Assembly: GCA_000091165.1 (NCBI GenBank)
Contig: FP565575.1
Coordinates: 1,200,001-1,232,000 of the forward strand
DNA length: 32,000 bases
Direction: 5' to 3'
Origin: Candidatus Methylomirabilis oxygeniifera
GTDB lineage: Bacteria > Methylomirabilota > Methylomirabilia > Methylomirabilales > Methylomirabilaceae
The notes beneath the pieces were generated by a model. It saw only the letters and a list, made by a program, of their open reading frames with translations, had not been told where the DNA came from and did not search any database. Position numbers and translations under genes: made by a program. Of the stretch, positions 1 through 10,648 are shown piece by piece (position 1 is the first letter of the stretch; the number at the start of each line of letters is the position of its first letter).

Positions 1-450
1 CTCTACGCGGTATGGCAGCAGGTGGTTGAGATCGAACTTGAGGCGGACAACCGGGTTGGGAGTTTGCTGGAGTTGCATCGTCTCAACTCGCAAGATAGGG
101 GAATCTGATGGTAGAATGATAGTCTGGCTGATGGCGTCTCGAGCGTGGGGGAGATCGATGATAAGGCTCGGCGGCGTGTGCGCTGCGAACGAGGCATAAT
201 CAACCAATGCCCCATCGGCGGTCACAATAATCGACGCGCGGCCCGGTCCTTCTGCTCGGACCTGCACATCGGTAATATCGACGACTCTCGCCACAGAAGA
301 GACCCCCGGCAAGGATGGATCACTCAAGGACTGCTGCGATGTTCTGTTCGTCGATACGCCAGAAGTGGCGCAGGATGTGAAAAATACGAAGAGAACTGCG
401 CCGGCAAGCCGGCGCCTTCTTGAACTTGAGATGTGGTCGGGTCCGGTCAC
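1..450 (-). CDS. pilQ: Type IV pilus secretin PilQ, N-terminal part with an AMIN-like segment (truncated by window edge)
   Basis: The minus frame starts at GTG 450 and overlaps the pilP stop. It reads VTGPDHISSS..LAGAVLFVFFTSCATS (signal/lipoprotein-like), then VRAEGPG..SIIVTADGAL..PNPVVRLKFDLNHLLPYRVE, an AMIN-type pattern. It sits immediately downstream of pilMNOP. The ORF track did not list this frame. Confidence 0.8.
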   Translation of the reverse strand, partial: MTGPDHISSSRRRRLAGAVLFVFFTSCATSGVSTNRTSQQSLSDPSLPGVSSVARVVDITDVQVRAEGPGRASIIVTADGALVDYASFAAHTPPSLIIDLPHARDAISQTIILPSDSPILRVETMQLQQTPNPVVRLKFDLNHLLPYRVE

Positions 451-452
451 TT

Positions 453-947
453 TTATCTCGATACGATCGGCGGCAAATGTTTTTCTACGTAACGAGTCAG
501 CAACTTACCCTCCGGACTCTTTGTTTGCACCTCAAACACGACGCTATCATTGGTAATCTTCACGACTTTGGCCGAATCAACTACATCGTTTTCGCGGATG
601 ACGTACCCCATACCTGGCGGCAGATCCGACTCCACCAACGCATAGAGGGAGCGGGCTTCCCGAACAATACCCTTTAGCGTGAGATGCACTGTCGGGGGCT
701 TTTCTGCCATCATCATCCGAGATGGTCGAAACGGATCGCGACGCCCTCTCGACTGATACATAGCAGGATCCCGCCTCTCATCCTGAAGCGCGGAAGCAAC
801 GGGACCTGCCTGCCTGGGCAGGCTCTGTCCAGGGAGCGGGGGCGTATCTCTGCCGCAGGCTATGGCCACCACAATAATCGAGATGACCACAACGGCAACG
901 GCTGCCTCGCGCAGGAATTTACTTTGTCGCGCTTGCCCCCTCACCAC
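453..947 (-). CDS. pilP: Type IV pilus assembly lipoprotein PilP
   Basis: 164 aa ORF with an N-terminal hydrophobic segment ending in Cys (VIISIIVVAIAC). RRDPFRPS..LTLKGIV...A.V....G.GY.IRENDVV motif. Lies in a pilMNOPQ context. Confidence 0.85.
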   Translation of the reverse strand: MVRGQARQSKFLREAAVAVVVISIIVVAIACGRDTPPLPGQSLPRQAGPVASALQDERRDPAMYQSRGRRDPFRPSRMMMAEKPPTVHLTLKGIVREARSLYALVESDLPPGMGYVIRENDVVDSAKVVKITNDSVVFEVQTKSPEGKLLTRYVEKHLPPIVSR

Positions 948-1539
948 TCTTCGCCCCAGAAGCGCCTGTGTAGCTATAGGTTACCACGCTAAACTCAGCC
1001 TGGATGGTGTCTCCAGCCCTCCGCCCTTTTGTTGCCTCACGAACGGTGAGGTCAGCGACGTTGACAATCCGCTCCAACTGGCCAAATCGCTCAAAGAGAA
1101 GCCCGACGTCATGGTACGTTCCCGTTACCTTGAGTTGGATGGGAACTTCAGTGTAGAACTCCTTTGCCACAGGGGTCCCTGGCTTGAACAAGGTGACATC
1201 CAAATCCGTCTCCTGACCGAGGCCGGCAACTCGTTTCAATAACGCTGGAATCTCTTTTTCAGTCGGAAGCTGCTGGACTGTCCGCTGAAGCTGCGCCTCC
1301 AGAAGCTTGATCTCTTGTTCAAGGTGAGGCTTCCGGCCGGCGATCTGCCTGGTCTGTTCCACCTGCGCTCTCAATCGGAGCAATTCGGCTTGGGCTTCGC
1401 TCCGTGCGGCCCATTCCGCTCCGAGAACAAATTGCCAGTAGAGAATGACTGCCAGTGTACCGACGACGACACCGAGAGCGACCTTTTGCGTCAGCGGGAG
1501 ATTAGCCGTGTGAGCCGACAGGTCAAAAGAAGGCAGCAT
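919..1539 (-). CDS. pilO: Type IV pilus inner membrane protein PilO
   Basis: 206 aa ORF with one N-terminal TM, coiled-coil and GTYHDVGLLFERFGQLERIVNVADLTV. Located between pilP and pilN. Confidence 0.88.
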   Translation of the reverse strand: MLPSFDLSAHTANLPLTQKVALGVVVGTLAVILYWQFVLGAEWAARSEAQAELLRLRAQVEQTRQIAGRKPHLEQEIKLLEAQLQRTVQQLPTEKEIPALLKRVAGLGQETDLDVTLFKPGTPVAKEFYTEVPIQLKVTGTYHDVGLLFERFGQLERIVNVADLTVREATKGRRAGDTIQAEFSVVTYSYTGASGAKSGEGASATK

Positions 1540-1554
1540 CCCTCCCCCTTCCGT

Positions 1555-2097
1555 CTACGCTGACAAGATCGCAAGGATCTCGAATCGCTCGACCGGCTTG
1601 GTTTCATACAACTCAAGCTCAGAAAAGTTCAGTTCAACACTGCTAATGATCGGCTTGAGTCGCTGAAGCGCCAGCATTAATTCGGCAACAACAACGTGTG
1701 AGGAGGCATATCCCCGAATCACCAACCGTCCGGAGACCTTACTGATTCCGGTGAGCCATCCGCCCTCAGGTAATGCCTGGCTGATGCCGTCAAGTAAACG
1801 GACCGGACTATCCTGGCCGTCGGCCAAGCGCTGCACAAGCGCAAGGCGATCCTGAAGCTGTTTCTTATCGCGACTATACTGCTCAACCAATTGGACCGTC
1901 TGTTGGTTCCTGGTGATCTCGTCGATTGTCGCGACGATATCGGCCCGAAGTTGTGTGACGTCCCGCCTCACAACCAGCCAGTACCCCCACATCCCGCCGA
2001 CAGCCAGAATCATGGCAGCGATAATCGCCGCCTGAGGGACCTTGACCTGACCTTTTTTTCGACGCTTCTCACGCGGAAGAAGGTTGATCCTGATCAT
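1555..2097 (-). CDS. pilN: Type IV pilus assembly protein PilN
   Basis: 180 aa ORF starting MIRINLLPREKRRKK, typical of PilN, with TM and LLDGISQALPEGGWLT. Confidence 0.9.
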   Translation of the reverse strand: MIRINLLPREKRRKKGQVKVPQAAIIAAMILAVGGMWGYWLVVRRDVTQLRADIVATIDEITRNQQTVQLVEQYSRDKKQLQDRLALVQRLADGQDSPVRLLDGISQALPEGGWLTGISKVSGRLVIRGYASSHVVVAELMLALQRLKPIISSVELNFSELELYETKPVERFEILAILSA

Positions 2098-3167
2098 CCG
2101 GCTCCATCCTCCGCTTCGCGAAGCGCCAATCCCACGGCTACTGTCATCTGAGGCGCGATGCGGGCGAGATATTGGACGTCGAACTTTTTCGGATCAGCAC
2201 TGAGGTGTTGAAAAGGATTGGCAATCTCGACGGGCAGCTCAAGCGCATGTGAGAGGTAAGGGGCCAAGCCCGATAACAGCGTACACCCACCGCTCAATAC
2301 CATACGGTGAATCGTATCACGTTGGCTCGTCGAGTAATAAAAATCGAAGGAGCGTCGTATCTCTCCGGCTAACTCGCTATTGACCGTTTCGATCACAGGC
2401 TCGGCTTCCACGATGCTATGACCATCGACCAGCTCGCCCCTCTTTAACGCCTCGGCCTGTTCAAAACTTACGCCCATGCTTCTCTGTAGCGACTCGGTGT
2501 GCCGATTGCCGCCCAATGGACTATCTCTGGTAAAATCCGAGATACCACCGTAAAGAATATTGATAGTGGTAACGGCCGCTCCAACATTCACTAGGGCAAC
2601 GATCTCATCCGCCTGTGGTTGTTTGGGCATCGTGAAGGCGTTCTCGATGGCGAACGAGTCCACATCGACAACCGCAGCATTCAGTCCAGCCGCAGAAATG
2701 ACGGCGAGATAATCATTAAGAGTATCCTTCTTTACAGCCACCAGAAGCACATCCATCTCTAATTCGCCTGAACCGGCCTCTCGCAGGATCTGGAAGTCAA
2801 GGTTGACATCCTCGATAGAGTAGGGAATGTGCCGCTCAGCCTCCCATGCAATCCCTTCGCGGAGTTCCGCCGTCTTCATCGCGGGAACTTTAATCTTTTT
2901 AATAATGACCGAATGTCCGGACACGGAAAAGGCCACGTCTTTAAGGCTAATGCCGTGCTCGTCGAAGAGTTGCCGGATCGCCGTGCTGAGGGCCGTCGCA
3001 TCCATGATGATGCCGTCTATGATCGTTTCGGGATGGATAGGGACGATGCCAAGCTCGGCCACTTTATACGAACTTCGCAATGGTTGAAGATGCACGGCTT
3101 TGATAGAACTGGTCCCGATATCCAGTCCGACCAACTCCTTGTGAGGCGTCATCCATGAAAACATCAT
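2094..3167 (-). CDS. pilM: Type IV pilus assembly ATPase-like PilM
   Basis: 357 aa ORF with VGLDIGTSSIKAVHL, EAERHIPYSIEDVNLDFQIL and VVLSGGCTLLSGL. Confidence 0.93.
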   Translation of the reverse strand: MMFSWMTPHKELVGLDIGTSSIKAVHLQPLRSSYKVAELGIVPIHPETIIDGIIMDATALSTAIRQLFDEHGISLKDVAFSVSGHSVIIKKIKVPAMKTAELREGIAWEAERHIPYSIEDVNLDFQILREAGSGELEMDVLLVAVKKDTLNDYLAVISAAGLNAAVVDVDSFAIENAFTMPKQPQADEIVALVNVGAAVTTINILYGGISDFTRDSPLGGNRHTESLQRSMGVSFEQAEALKRGELVDGHSIVEAEPVIETVNSELAGEIRRSFDFYYSTSQRDTIHRMVLSGGCTLLSGLAPYLSHALELPVEIANPFQHLSADPKKFDVQYLARIAPQMTVAVGLALREAEDGAG

Positions 3168-3217
3168 TGTTCCCTGTGTTCAGCCGTGATTCCTTATTGT
3201 CAGTTACTAGTATTGAG

Positions 3218-3246
3218 CTTGTACGACGTTACCATAAACTTGTCAA
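3218..3246 (-). promoter_or_regulatory. Candidate sigma70-type promoter for pilMNOPQ
   Basis: On the minus strand: TTGACA (3246-3241), 17-nt spacer, TACAAG (3223-3218), about 50 nt upstream of the pilM start. Confidence 0.5.
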
Positions 3247-3387
3247 GCAAAATACATCACAGAAAAACCTTGGAAAGCGTAACGATTGACACGAACGGAA
3301 TCTTCTCAAGACAGCTTTGGGAATTCGAGGAGAAAGGCGAGGGCAGAACTTCGAAGAACGAGCCAATGGCTCCCGATAAGTCGCGGC

Positions 3388-4215
3388 TTATTTCCTGGTC
3401 GCCACTTTCAGTGAGGCTATGAAATCTCCGGCACGTTTCAATTGATCCGGCTGTCCGGCTGTCTGCTCCAGCAGTGACACAATCGCGCTCCCTACGATCA
3501 CCCCATCAGCCACCGTCGCCGCTGTCCGCACCTGTTCCGGCGTTGAGATACCGAACCCTACCGCAAGCGGCAGGTCAGTCTCGGCCCTGATCATTCGAAG
3601 GCTGGCCTCCAGATCGTCGCTGAGTCTGGAACGCACCCCTGTCACGCCCCGTAACGACACATAATAGATGAAGCCCTTCGAGGCGGCCGCGATCGTCCGC
3701 ACCCGTTCGGGTCGACTGGTCGGGGCGATCAGGAAGATCGTGTGAAGGTTGTGAGCGGTCGCCGCCTCGATTAACTCGGCCGCTTCCTCGGGCGGCAGAT
3801 CCGGAATGATCAGCCCATCGACCCCCGCTGCTGCGGCCTCTTCAGCAAATCGGCTAAACCCAAAGTGAAAGATCGGGTTCACATAGCTCATTAAGAGCAA
3901 CGGCAGTCGACATTCCGCTCGCAGATCGGCCACCATCTCAAGGATTTTTGTGAGCGTCGTACCGCCCTGGAGCGCGCGTTGCGACGCCCGCTGGATGGTC
4001 ACACCATCCGCCAAAGGATCCGAGAACGGCACACCGATCTCTATCAGATCTGCGCCTTGCTTTTCACACTCCAGAATCAGCGCCCGGGTAGTCAGGAGAT
4101 CGGGATCACCGGCCGTCAGATACGGCATCAGTGCCCGCTCGCCGGACTCCCTCAGCTTACGGAACCGCTCATCGATCCGGTTCTTCATGCTCATTGCACC
4201 TCGCTGTACGGGCAA
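3388..4215 (-). CDS. trpA: Tryptophan synthase alpha subunit
   Basis: PYLTAGDPD, LIEIGVPFSDPLADGVTIQ, IFLIAPTS, YYVSLRGVTG and VGFGIS motifs. Confidence 0.97.
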   Translation of the reverse strand: MPVQRGAMSMKNRIDERFRKLRESGERALMPYLTAGDPDLLTTRALILECEKQGADLIEIGVPFSDPLADGVTIQRASQRALQGGTTLTKILEMVADLRAECRLPLLLMSYVNPIFHFGFSRFAEEAAAAGVDGLIIPDLPPEEAAELIEAATAHNLHTIFLIAPTSRPERVRTIAAASKGFIYYVSLRGVTGVRSRLSDDLEASLRMIRAETDLPLAVGFGISTPEQVRTAATVADGVIVGSAIVSLLEQTAGQPDQLKRAGDFIASLKVATRK

Positions 4216-4230
4216 CTCGTCGGGTCGTCT

Positions 4231-5466
4231 CTACCCCGCGCACTCCAACAGCTTCGCGACAACCTCCACGTCTTTGTCACCTCGCCCTGAGAGATTCACT
4301 ACCACGATCTGATCCTTGCCCAGTGTCGGCGCCAGTTTCTTGACGTGGGCGATAGCATGTGCGCTCTCCAACGCTGGAATCAATCCCTCGAGCCGGCTCA
4401 GAAGCTGAAACGCCTCCAGCGCCTCCGCGTCGGTCGCCGAGACAAAATCGATCCGCCCGCGGTCACGGTAGTAACTGTGTTCCGGACCGACGCTCGGATA
4501 ATCGAGACCGGCTGAGACCGAGTGCGTCGGTCGGATCTGGCCATCGCTATCCTGCAGGATGAAGCTCAGCGTCCCGTGCAGGACGCCCAGCTCGCCCGTC
4601 GCAAATCGGGCTGCATGGCGACCGCTGTCGATGCCAAGGCCGGCCGCCTCTACTCCGACCATTCGCACAGTGGGCTCATTAAGAAAGTTATGGAACAGAC
4701 CGATCGAGTTGCTGCCGCCTCCGACGCAGGCTACCAGGTAATCCGGCAGTCGTCCCTCCAACTCCAGGATCTGGGTTCGAGTCTCCCGGCCAATGACCGA
4801 TTGAAAATCCCGAACCATCATCGGATACGGATGGGCCCCGAGAACTGAGCCTAGCACATAATGGGTCGTCTCGACGTTGGTGACCCAGTCACGCATCGCC
4901 TCATTGATGGCGTCCTTCAGCGTCCGGCTGCCGGACTCAACCGGAGTCACCTTGGCGCCGAGCAGCCGCATTCGGACGACGTTCAAGGCCTGCCGTCGCA
5001 TATCCTCTGTACCCATATAGACCTCGCAAGTCAGGCCGAAACGGGCGGCTACGGTGGCTGTGGCTACCCCATGCTGTCCGGCACCGGTCTCGGCGATGAC
5101 CCGGGACTTCCCCATGCGGCAGGCGAGCAAGATCTGGCCAAGGGTATTGTTGATCTTATGCGCCCCGGTATGGCACAGATCCTCACGTTTGAGATAGATC
5201 CGCGACCCGCCTAAATAGTCGGTCAGTCGCTGCGCAAAATAGAGAGGTGTGGGACGCCCCACATAATGCCGAAGATAGCCCTGAAGCTCCGGTTCAAAAT
5301 GTGGGTCGGCCTTCGCCTGGAGATAGACCGTCTCCAACTCAGCGAGTGCCGCCATCAGGGTTTCCGGAACGAACTTCCCTCCGTACCTGCCGAAGTGTCC
5401 GCACGCATCGGGAAGCGGACCCCGATCGGACGCCTCAGCGCGCGTCGGCTTTTCTGGCTTGCTCAA
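4231..5466 (-). CDS. trpB: Tryptophan synthase beta subunit
   Basis: [52 protein letters not shown] and NLSGRGDKD motifs. Confidence 0.98.
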   Translation of the reverse strand: MSKPEKPTRAEASDRGPLPDACGHFGRYGGKFVPETLMAALAELETVYLQAKADPHFEPELQGYLRHYVGRPTPLYFAQRLTDYLGGSRIYLKREDLCHTGAHKINNTLGQILLACRMGKSRVIAETGAGQHGVATATVAARFGLTCEVYMGTEDMRRQALNVVRMRLLGAKVTPVESGSRTLKDAINEAMRDWVTNVETTHYVLGSVLGAHPYPMMVRDFQSVIGRETRTQILELEGRLPDYLVACVGGGSNSIGLFHNFLNEPTVRMVGVEAAGLGIDSGRHAARFATGELGVLHGTLSFILQDSDGQIRPTHSVSAGLDYPSVGPEHSYYRDRGRIDFVSATDAEALEAFQLLSRLEGLIPALESAHAIAHVKKLAPTLGKDQIVVVNLSGRGDKDVEVVAKLLECAG

Positions 5467-6058
5467 TGAACTCCCTCACCTTGTGATGATCTTTACGACC
5501 CGGAGAGGCTTCAACACCGCTGGAGACATCAAGCGCATACGGCCTGACCTGCGTGACCGCGAGCGCGACATTATCCGGCGTCAGCCCACCGGACAGGATA
5601 ATCCTGGTCTGTCGCGCCGCCTTGGCTGCAATCTCCCACGGGAAGGTCCGACCCGTCCCGCCCGGTTGACCGGCTACGTAGGTGTCCAGTACGAACGCTT
5701 TCGCCTGTGGATAGCTGTGCAGGGCCTCCAGATCGTCTTCACCCTGAACATGGATCGTTTTGATAAAAGGAGCACCGAGACGACAACACGCGTCCGGGCT
5801 CTCATGGCCATGGAGTTGCGCGAGGCTGAGACCGCATGTCCTTACGATCAGCTCGATCTCCTCAGGCGTCCGGTCGACAAACACCCCTACAGTGGCTACA
5901 AACGGCGGCATCCTGACGATAATGGCGGCCGCAGCCTCCGGCTCGACGTACCGAGGCGTCCCATTGACGAAGATGAAGCCAAGGGCATCGGCTCCCGCGT
6001 CCACCGCAGCCCGGGCATCTTCATGCGAAGTGATGCCGCAGATTTTGATCCGTATCAT
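5435..6058 (-). CDS. trpF: Phosphoribosylanthranilate isomerase
   Basis: [31 protein letters not shown] and LDVSSGVE motifs. In the trp operon; its end overlaps the trpB start. Confidence 0.97.
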   Translation of the reverse strand: MIRIKICGITSHEDARAAVDAGADALGFIFVNGTPRYVEPEAAAAIIVRMPPFVATVGVFVDRTPEEIELIVRTCGLSLAQLHGHESPDACCRLGAPFIKTIHVQGEDDLEALHSYPQAKAFVLDTYVAGQPGGTGRTFPWEIAAKAARQTRIILSGGLTPDNVALAVTQVRPYALDVSSGVEASPGRKDHHKVREFIEQARKADAR

Positions 6059-6071
6059 CGTTCGAATCCGC

Positions 6072-6875
6072 TCAGCAGTCGGCTCCCGCCAACAACTCGC
6101 GAAGCCTGCCCCCCGGATCCTGGCTCGTCAGCAACGCTTCACCGACCAGGATCGCGTCTACGCCGGCTTCGGACAGACGCCGGATATCCTCGGGCCGCCT
6201 GATACCGCTTTCACTGACGACCACGGCCTCTCGGGGAAGATGTGGCAACAGCGCGAACGTCGTTTCCAATCGGGTCTCTAACGTCGCCAGATCCCGATTA
6301 TTGATTCCGATAAGCGTGGCCCCTACGCCTTTCGCGCTTTCCAGCTCCTCCAGGGTGTGGATTTCGACCAGAGGGTGCAGGGACAGCGACCTGGCCAGCG
6401 CATAGAGGTCCTGTAATTCCGACGCCTCGAGGGCCGCCGCGATCAGCAAGATCGCGTCTACCCGACGCGCGCGGCTCTCATAAATCTGGTACGGGGTAAT
6501 GATGAACTCTTTCCTGAGCACGGGCAGATCGACTGCGCCTCGCGCTGTTGAGAGATCCTCAAGACTCCCTTTGAAGAACCGACTATTCGTCAGAACAGAG
6601 ATTGCGGCGGCGCCGGCCGCCTGATAGGACGCGGCGATCTCCGCTACGTCAAGCGGCTCGCGAATGATTCCCGCGGATGGCGACGCGCGTTTAATCTCGG
6701 CAATCGCCCTCAGCGGCCTGAGCGCTTCCGTCTCGCCCCACTTCCTTGACACGGCTGCCGTAAAATTGCGCACGGGCGGCGAGTCACACGCCTGCGCCCT
6801 CAGTTCCGCGAGCGGGACAGACCTCTGCCGCTCGGCGACCTCTTCGCGCTTGTGCGCTAAAATTCGACTGAGCAT
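6072..6875 (-). CDS. trpC: Indole-3-glycerol phosphate synthase
   Basis: MLSRILAHKREEVAERQ, IKRASPSAG, VLRKEFI, IGINNRDL, VSESGI and VGEALL. The longer track ORF (to 7046) includes a repeat-encoded leader, so the start was placed at the ATG at 6875. Confidence 0.95.
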   Translation of the reverse strand: MLSRILAHKREEVAERQRSVPLAELRAQACDSPPVRNFTAAVSRKWGETEALRPLRAIAEIKRASPSAGIIREPLDVAEIAASYQAAGAAAISVLTNSRFFKGSLEDLSTARGAVDLPVLRKEFIITPYQIYESRARRVDAILLIAAALEASELQDLYALARSLSLHPLVEIHTLEELESAKGVGATLIGINNRDLATLETRLETTFALLPHLPREAVVVSESGIRRPEDIRRLSEAGVDAILVGEALLTSQDPGGRLRELLAGADC

Positions 6876-6900
6876 CGTCGCGCTTTGCACCTCGGACCCA

Positions 6901-7998
6901 CTAAATCCCCCCTCGCCCCCCTTTATCAAAGGGGGGTTGGGGGGATTTGAAATGTTGCCGGCTGAACTCCACCAGCCGGCAGAGCTTTTCCATCGCGGCG
7001 CCGCCCGCAATCGAGCGAACCGCCAGCTTGACCCCCTCTTGAACATCGTTGGCCTTACCGCCGGCCACGATGGCGAGGGCGGCGTTCATCACGACCACGT
7101 CGCGTTTCGGCCCCTCTTCTCCACCCAGGATCCGCTTGATGATCTCCGCGTTCTCCTCGGCGCTGCCGCCCTGTAGGTCGCGACACGTTGCACGCGTGAG
7201 ACCGAAGTCCTCAGGCGAGACCATGTACGTGTCCACATGCCCGTCTTTGACCTCGGACACCCTGCTCTCCCCTGTCAGTGAAAGTTCATCAAGCCCGTCA
7301 AGGCCAAAGACAACAAACGCTCGCTTCGACCCCAGTTCATTCAACGCGCCCGCCAACAGTTCGGTGAGACGTTCCTCATACACCCCAACCACCTGAGCCG
7401 ATGCACCGGCAGGATTGGTCAGCGGGCCAAGGATATTGAAGACCGTTCGAATCCCGATCTCACGGCGTGCCGTCATGACGTGTTGCATGGCCGGGTGCAA
7501 CAGCGGCGCATACAGAAACCCGATCCCGACGTCGTCGATGCAATCCCCTATCTGCTCCGGCGTCAGCGCAAGGTTGACGCCCAGCGCCTCCATGACGTCG
7601 GCACTTCCGCATCGACTCGATACCGAGCGGTTGCCATGCTTAGCTACCTTGGTACCTGTTCCGGCCGTCACAAAGGCAGCCGCCGTCGAAATGTTAAAGG
7701 TCTGGCCGGCGTCGCCGCCTGTCCCGCAGGTATCGACCAATCTTGTAGCGTCAGTCCCGATGCCGGAAGCCTCGACTTGGCTGCGCACCCTGACCCGACA
7801 GACCTGCTCGCGCATCGCCCTGGCGAAGCTGGTAATCTCGGACGCCGTCTCGCCCTTACATCGAAGCGCCGTGAGAAATGCAGCGATCTGCGGGTCTGAC
7901 GCCTTTCCCGACATCATCTCTTCCATGGTCGCGAAGGCTTCTTCAGGATTGAGGTCTCTTCCCTCAACGACCCTCTGCAACGCCTCCAGGATCATCAT
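6901..7998 (-). CDS. trpD: Anthranilate phosphoribosyltransferase, C-terminus formed by a palindromic repeat
   Basis: DTCGTGGD, FNISTAAAFVTAG, KHGNRSVSS, GFLYAPLLHPAM and NILGPLTNPA motifs. The C-terminal tail KSPQPPFDKGGRGGI is encoded by the repeat. Confidence 0.96.
   Translation of the reverse strand: MMILEALQRVVEGRDLNPEEAFATMEEMMSGKASDPQIAAFLTALRCKGETASEITSFARAMREQVCRVRVRSQVEASGIGTDATRLVDTCGTGGDAGQTFNISTAAAFVTAGTGTKVAKHGNRSVSSRCGSADVMEALGVNLALTPEQIGDCIDDVGIGFLYAPLLHPAMQHVMTARREIGIRTVFNILGPLTNPAGASAQVVGVYEERLTELLAGALNELGSKRAFVVFGLDGLDELSLTGESRVSEVKDGHVDTYMVSPEDFGLTRATCRDLQGGSAEENAEIIKRILGGEEGPKRDVVVMNAALAIVAGGKANDVQEGVKLAVRSIAGGAAMEKLCRLVEFSRQHFKSPQPPFDKGGRGGI
6903..6948. repeat. Palindromic C/G-rich intergenic repeat of the 'NPPLIKGG' type
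   Basis: AAATCCCCCCTCGCCCCCCTTT-ATC-AAAGGGGGGTTGGGGGGATTT is a near-perfect inverted repeat. It encodes PPNPPLIKGGEGGF or PQPPFDKGGRGG depending on frame. Confidence 0.88.
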
Positions 7999-8015
7999 CT
8001 GTCTTTGCTGTCGCT

Positions 8016-8582
8016 TCAGGGAAGGGAGAGGAAGTTTCTAAGCAGCCCCTTGCCTTCTTTCGTGAGGATCGATTCGGGGTGAAACTGAATCCCCTCAATT
8101 CGATACTCCTTGTGGCGAACCCCCATGATCTCCCCTTCTGCCGTCTCCGCGGAGATCTCCAGGCAATCCGGAAGTCCCTCCCGATCCACGAGGAGCGAAT
8201 GATAGCGCGTCGCCTCAAAGGGGTTCGGGAGCCCTGAGAAGATGGTCCGACCGTCATGGCGGATCGGAGACGTCTTGCCGTGCATCAAGCGGGCTGCCCT
8301 CACAATCCGGCCGCCGAACGCGGCGCCGATACACTGATGGCCGAGGCACACGCCAAGGATCGGGACCTGTCCGGCAAACTGTGTGATGATGCCGCAACTG
8401 ATGCCAGCTTCCTTCGGGGTCTTCGGTCCGGGAGAGATCACAATCCGGTCCGGCTGAATGGCTGCAAGCTCCTCCAGCGTGACTTGGTCATTTCGAAAGA
8501 CGCGGGGACATTCGCCCAGCTCGCCCAGGTACTGGACCAGATTATAGGTAAAGGAGTCATAGTTATCGATGACAACCAACAT
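8016..8582 (-). CDS. trpG: Anthranilate synthase component II (glutamine amidotransferase)
   Basis: [34 protein letters not shown] and [11 protein letters not shown] motifs. Confidence 0.97.
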   Translation of the reverse strand: MLVVIDNYDSFTYNLVQYLGELGECPRVFRNDQVTLEELAAIQPDRIVISPGPKTPKEAGISCGIITQFAGQVPILGVCLGHQCIGAAFGGRIVRAARLMHGKTSPIRHDGRTIFSGLPNPFEATRYHSLLVDREGLPDCLEISAETAEGEIMGVRHKEYRIEGIQFHPESILTKEGKGLLRNFLSLP

Positions 8583-8588
8583 TGGAGC

Positions 8589-10103
8589 TTACCCCACACA
8601 CCCTGCCGCGAGTTCGTCTGATTCGGCCATCTCGATCGCCTTGAGCATCCCCCTGGCCTTGTTCATCGTTTCCTCGTATTCCCGCTCAGGGTCTGAGTCG
8701 GCGACGATCCCGGCCCCTACCTGGACATGCGCGGTCCCATCGATGATCACAACGGTGCGGATGGTAATACAGGTATCCATATTGCCGGAGAAGCCAAAAT
8801 AGCCGACCGCACCCGCATACGGCCCTCGACGCACCCGCTCCAACTCCTCAATAATTTCCATGGCCCGTATCTTTGGAGCCCCGCTCACGGTCCCGGCAGG
8901 AAAGCAGGCGCGCAGCAGATCGAACGCATCGTAGCCCTTAGCGAGTACCCCTTTGATGTTGGACACGATATGCATCACATGCGAATACCGCTCCACCGTC
9001 ATCAGCTCAGAGACTCTGACCGATCCCACTTCTGCCACTCGCCCGACATCGTTTCGCCCGAGGTCGACCAACATGATATGCTCTGCCCGTTCCTTCGGGT
9101 CGCCGAGCAGCTCCTGCTCCAGGGCCTGGTCCTCTGCATCGTTCCGGCCTCTGGGACGGGTACCGGCGATCGGACGGAGGTCGATCCTCCCCTCCTCCAA
9201 TCGAACAAGTACCTCTGGTGAACTGCCAACCACCCGCAGATCGCCAAGCCGCAGATAGTACATATACGGCGATGGATTGACGACCCGGAGCGCACGGTAG
9301 ATATCAAAGGGATCAGCCGTCGTCTTCGTCGACAGACGCTGCGAGATTACCGCCTGAACGATATCTCCAGCCCGCACATACTCTTTCGCGCGCTGTACGG
9401 CCTCTATGAACTCCGCATGACTCATACTGGAAGATAATTGCAACTCCCCTGCGTCTCTGCTCCGCCCCTCGATCACAGCGAGTGGACGCCGCAGCGCCTC
9501 CACAATCTCATCGATCTTCCCGGCAGCGTCATCGTAGACCTGGCGGAGCCCCTGCGGAGTCGCCTCCGGAACATACGCATTACAGACAACCTTGATCCGA
9601 TGAGAAAGATTATCGAAAATCAGCAGGGTATCGGGCAGGAGAAAGAGAGCGTCGGGCAGATCGAGGTCGTCCTTCGCCGTCGCCGGAAGTCGTTCGAACT
9701 GTCGAACGACATCATAGGCCAGAAACCCCACCATCCCCCCATAAAATCGGGGAAGCGTATCGCTCCGTACCGGTCGATACTGTTGGAGAAGAGCCTTCAA
9801 CGGCTCCAGCAGGTCGTGCTCAACGGCGTAGGATTGAACGTCTGTCCCGGTAATCACCTCAGCCGTCGTCCCCTTCGCCTTAAAGATCAGGCCGGGGTTG
9901 CTGCCAAGAAAGCTATACCGGCCCCACTTCTCTCCCCCCTCGACGCTTTCCAACAGAAACGCATACTCACCGCGATCGATCTTCCGAAAGGCCGACACCG
10001 GCGTCTCCATGTCGGCAAGGATCTCGCGATAGACAGGGATCAGGTTCCCGTCCTTGGCCTTTCGCGAAAACTCATCGAACGATGGATGCAACATCTCCGC
10101 CAT
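8589..10103 (-). CDS. trpE: Anthranilate synthase component I
   Basis: [57 protein letters not shown] and [14 protein letters not shown] motifs. Confidence 0.97.
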   Translation of the reverse strand: MAEMLHPSFDEFSRKAKDGNLIPVYREILADMETPVSAFRKIDRGEYAFLLESVEGGEKWGRYSFLGSNPGLIFKAKGTTAEVITGTDVQSYAVEHDLLEPLKALLQQYRPVRSDTLPRFYGGMVGFLAYDVVRQFERLPATAKDDLDLPDALFLLPDTLLIFDNLSHRIKVVCNAYVPEATPQGLRQVYDDAAGKIDEIVEALRRPLAVIEGRSRDAGELQLSSSMSHAEFIEAVQRAKEYVRAGDIVQAVISQRLSTKTTADPFDIYRALRVVNPSPYMYYLRLGDLRVVGSSPEVLVRLEEGRIDLRPIAGTRPRGRNDAEDQALEQELLGDPKERAEHIMLVDLGRNDVGRVAEVGSVRVSELMTVERYSHVMHIVSNIKGVLAKGYDAFDLLRACFPAGTVSGAPKIRAMEIIEELERVRRGPYAGAVGYFGFSGNMDTCITIRTVVIIDGTAHVQVGAGIVADSDPEREYEETMNKARGMLKAIEMAESDELAAGCVG

Positions 10104-10142
10104 GTTGTGACACCGTGATGTAAGGCTGAAAAAACAGCGCTC

Positions 10143-10172
10143 ACCCTACCATACGGGAGAAAAAGGGGTCAA
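10143..10172 (-). promoter_or_regulatory. Candidate promoter for trpE operon
   Basis: Minus strand: TTGACC (10172-10167), 18-nt spacer, TAGGGT (10148-10143), 40 nt upstream of the trpE ATG. Confidence 0.4.
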
Positions 10173-10242
10173 GAATAAACCCGGAACAGAGATCAATGGA
10201 GACCGCAGGTGGGAGCAGTATGGCACCCGTTGGAGCGGGACG

Positions 10243-10572
10243 CTACAGATGCTGTTGGACCTTTGCCTTAATGGCTGATTTGGGCAACGCGCCGATGATC
10301 TGCTCGACCTGCGCCCCATCCTTGAAAAGCAAGATAGTCGGAATACTTCGGATACCGAATCGAGCCGCACTCTGTCGATTCTCGTCTACGTTCAGCTTGG
10401 CGATCGTGACCTGCCCCTCATACTCTGTTGCCAGTTCATCAAGGATCGGGGCGACCATCCGGCACGGGCCGCACCATTCGGCCCAGAAATCAACCAGGAT
10501 GAGGCCTTTCCCTTTGATGACCTGCTCATCAAAATCGTGATCAGTAATGTGAACGACCTTGTCCGACGCCAT
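10243..10572 (-). CDS. trxA: Thioredoxin
   Basis: 109 aa ORF with LVDFWAEWCGPCRMVAPILDELA, KLNVDENR and GIRSIPTILLFKDG. Confidence 0.97.
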   Translation of the reverse strand: MASDKVVHITDHDFDEQVIKGKGLILVDFWAEWCGPCRMVAPILDELATEYEGQVTIAKLNVDENRQSAARFGIRSIPTILLFKDGAQVEQIIGALPKSAIKAKVQQHL

Positions 10573-10648
10573 ACGCCCCTCCCGTCAGGCCTCATGAAGT
10601 AAGGCCCTCGCCGGGCTTCCCAGCAAGGGCATTCGACGATTGAGTTTG

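Noticed and set aside
3186-3422. 78-aa plus-strand ORF in the trpA-pilM gap.
   Set aside because: It crosses the candidate pilM promoter and the trpA 3' end, with no Shine-Dalgarno or recognisable motif.
9438-10118. 226-aa plus-strand ORF antisense to trpE (also 8727-9221).
   Set aside because: Shadow of the clear TrpE coding frame.
10104-10242. trp leader peptide / attenuator upstream of trpE.
   Set aside because: The gap is only ~140 nt and I found no short ORF with tandem Trp codons followed by alternative hairpins.
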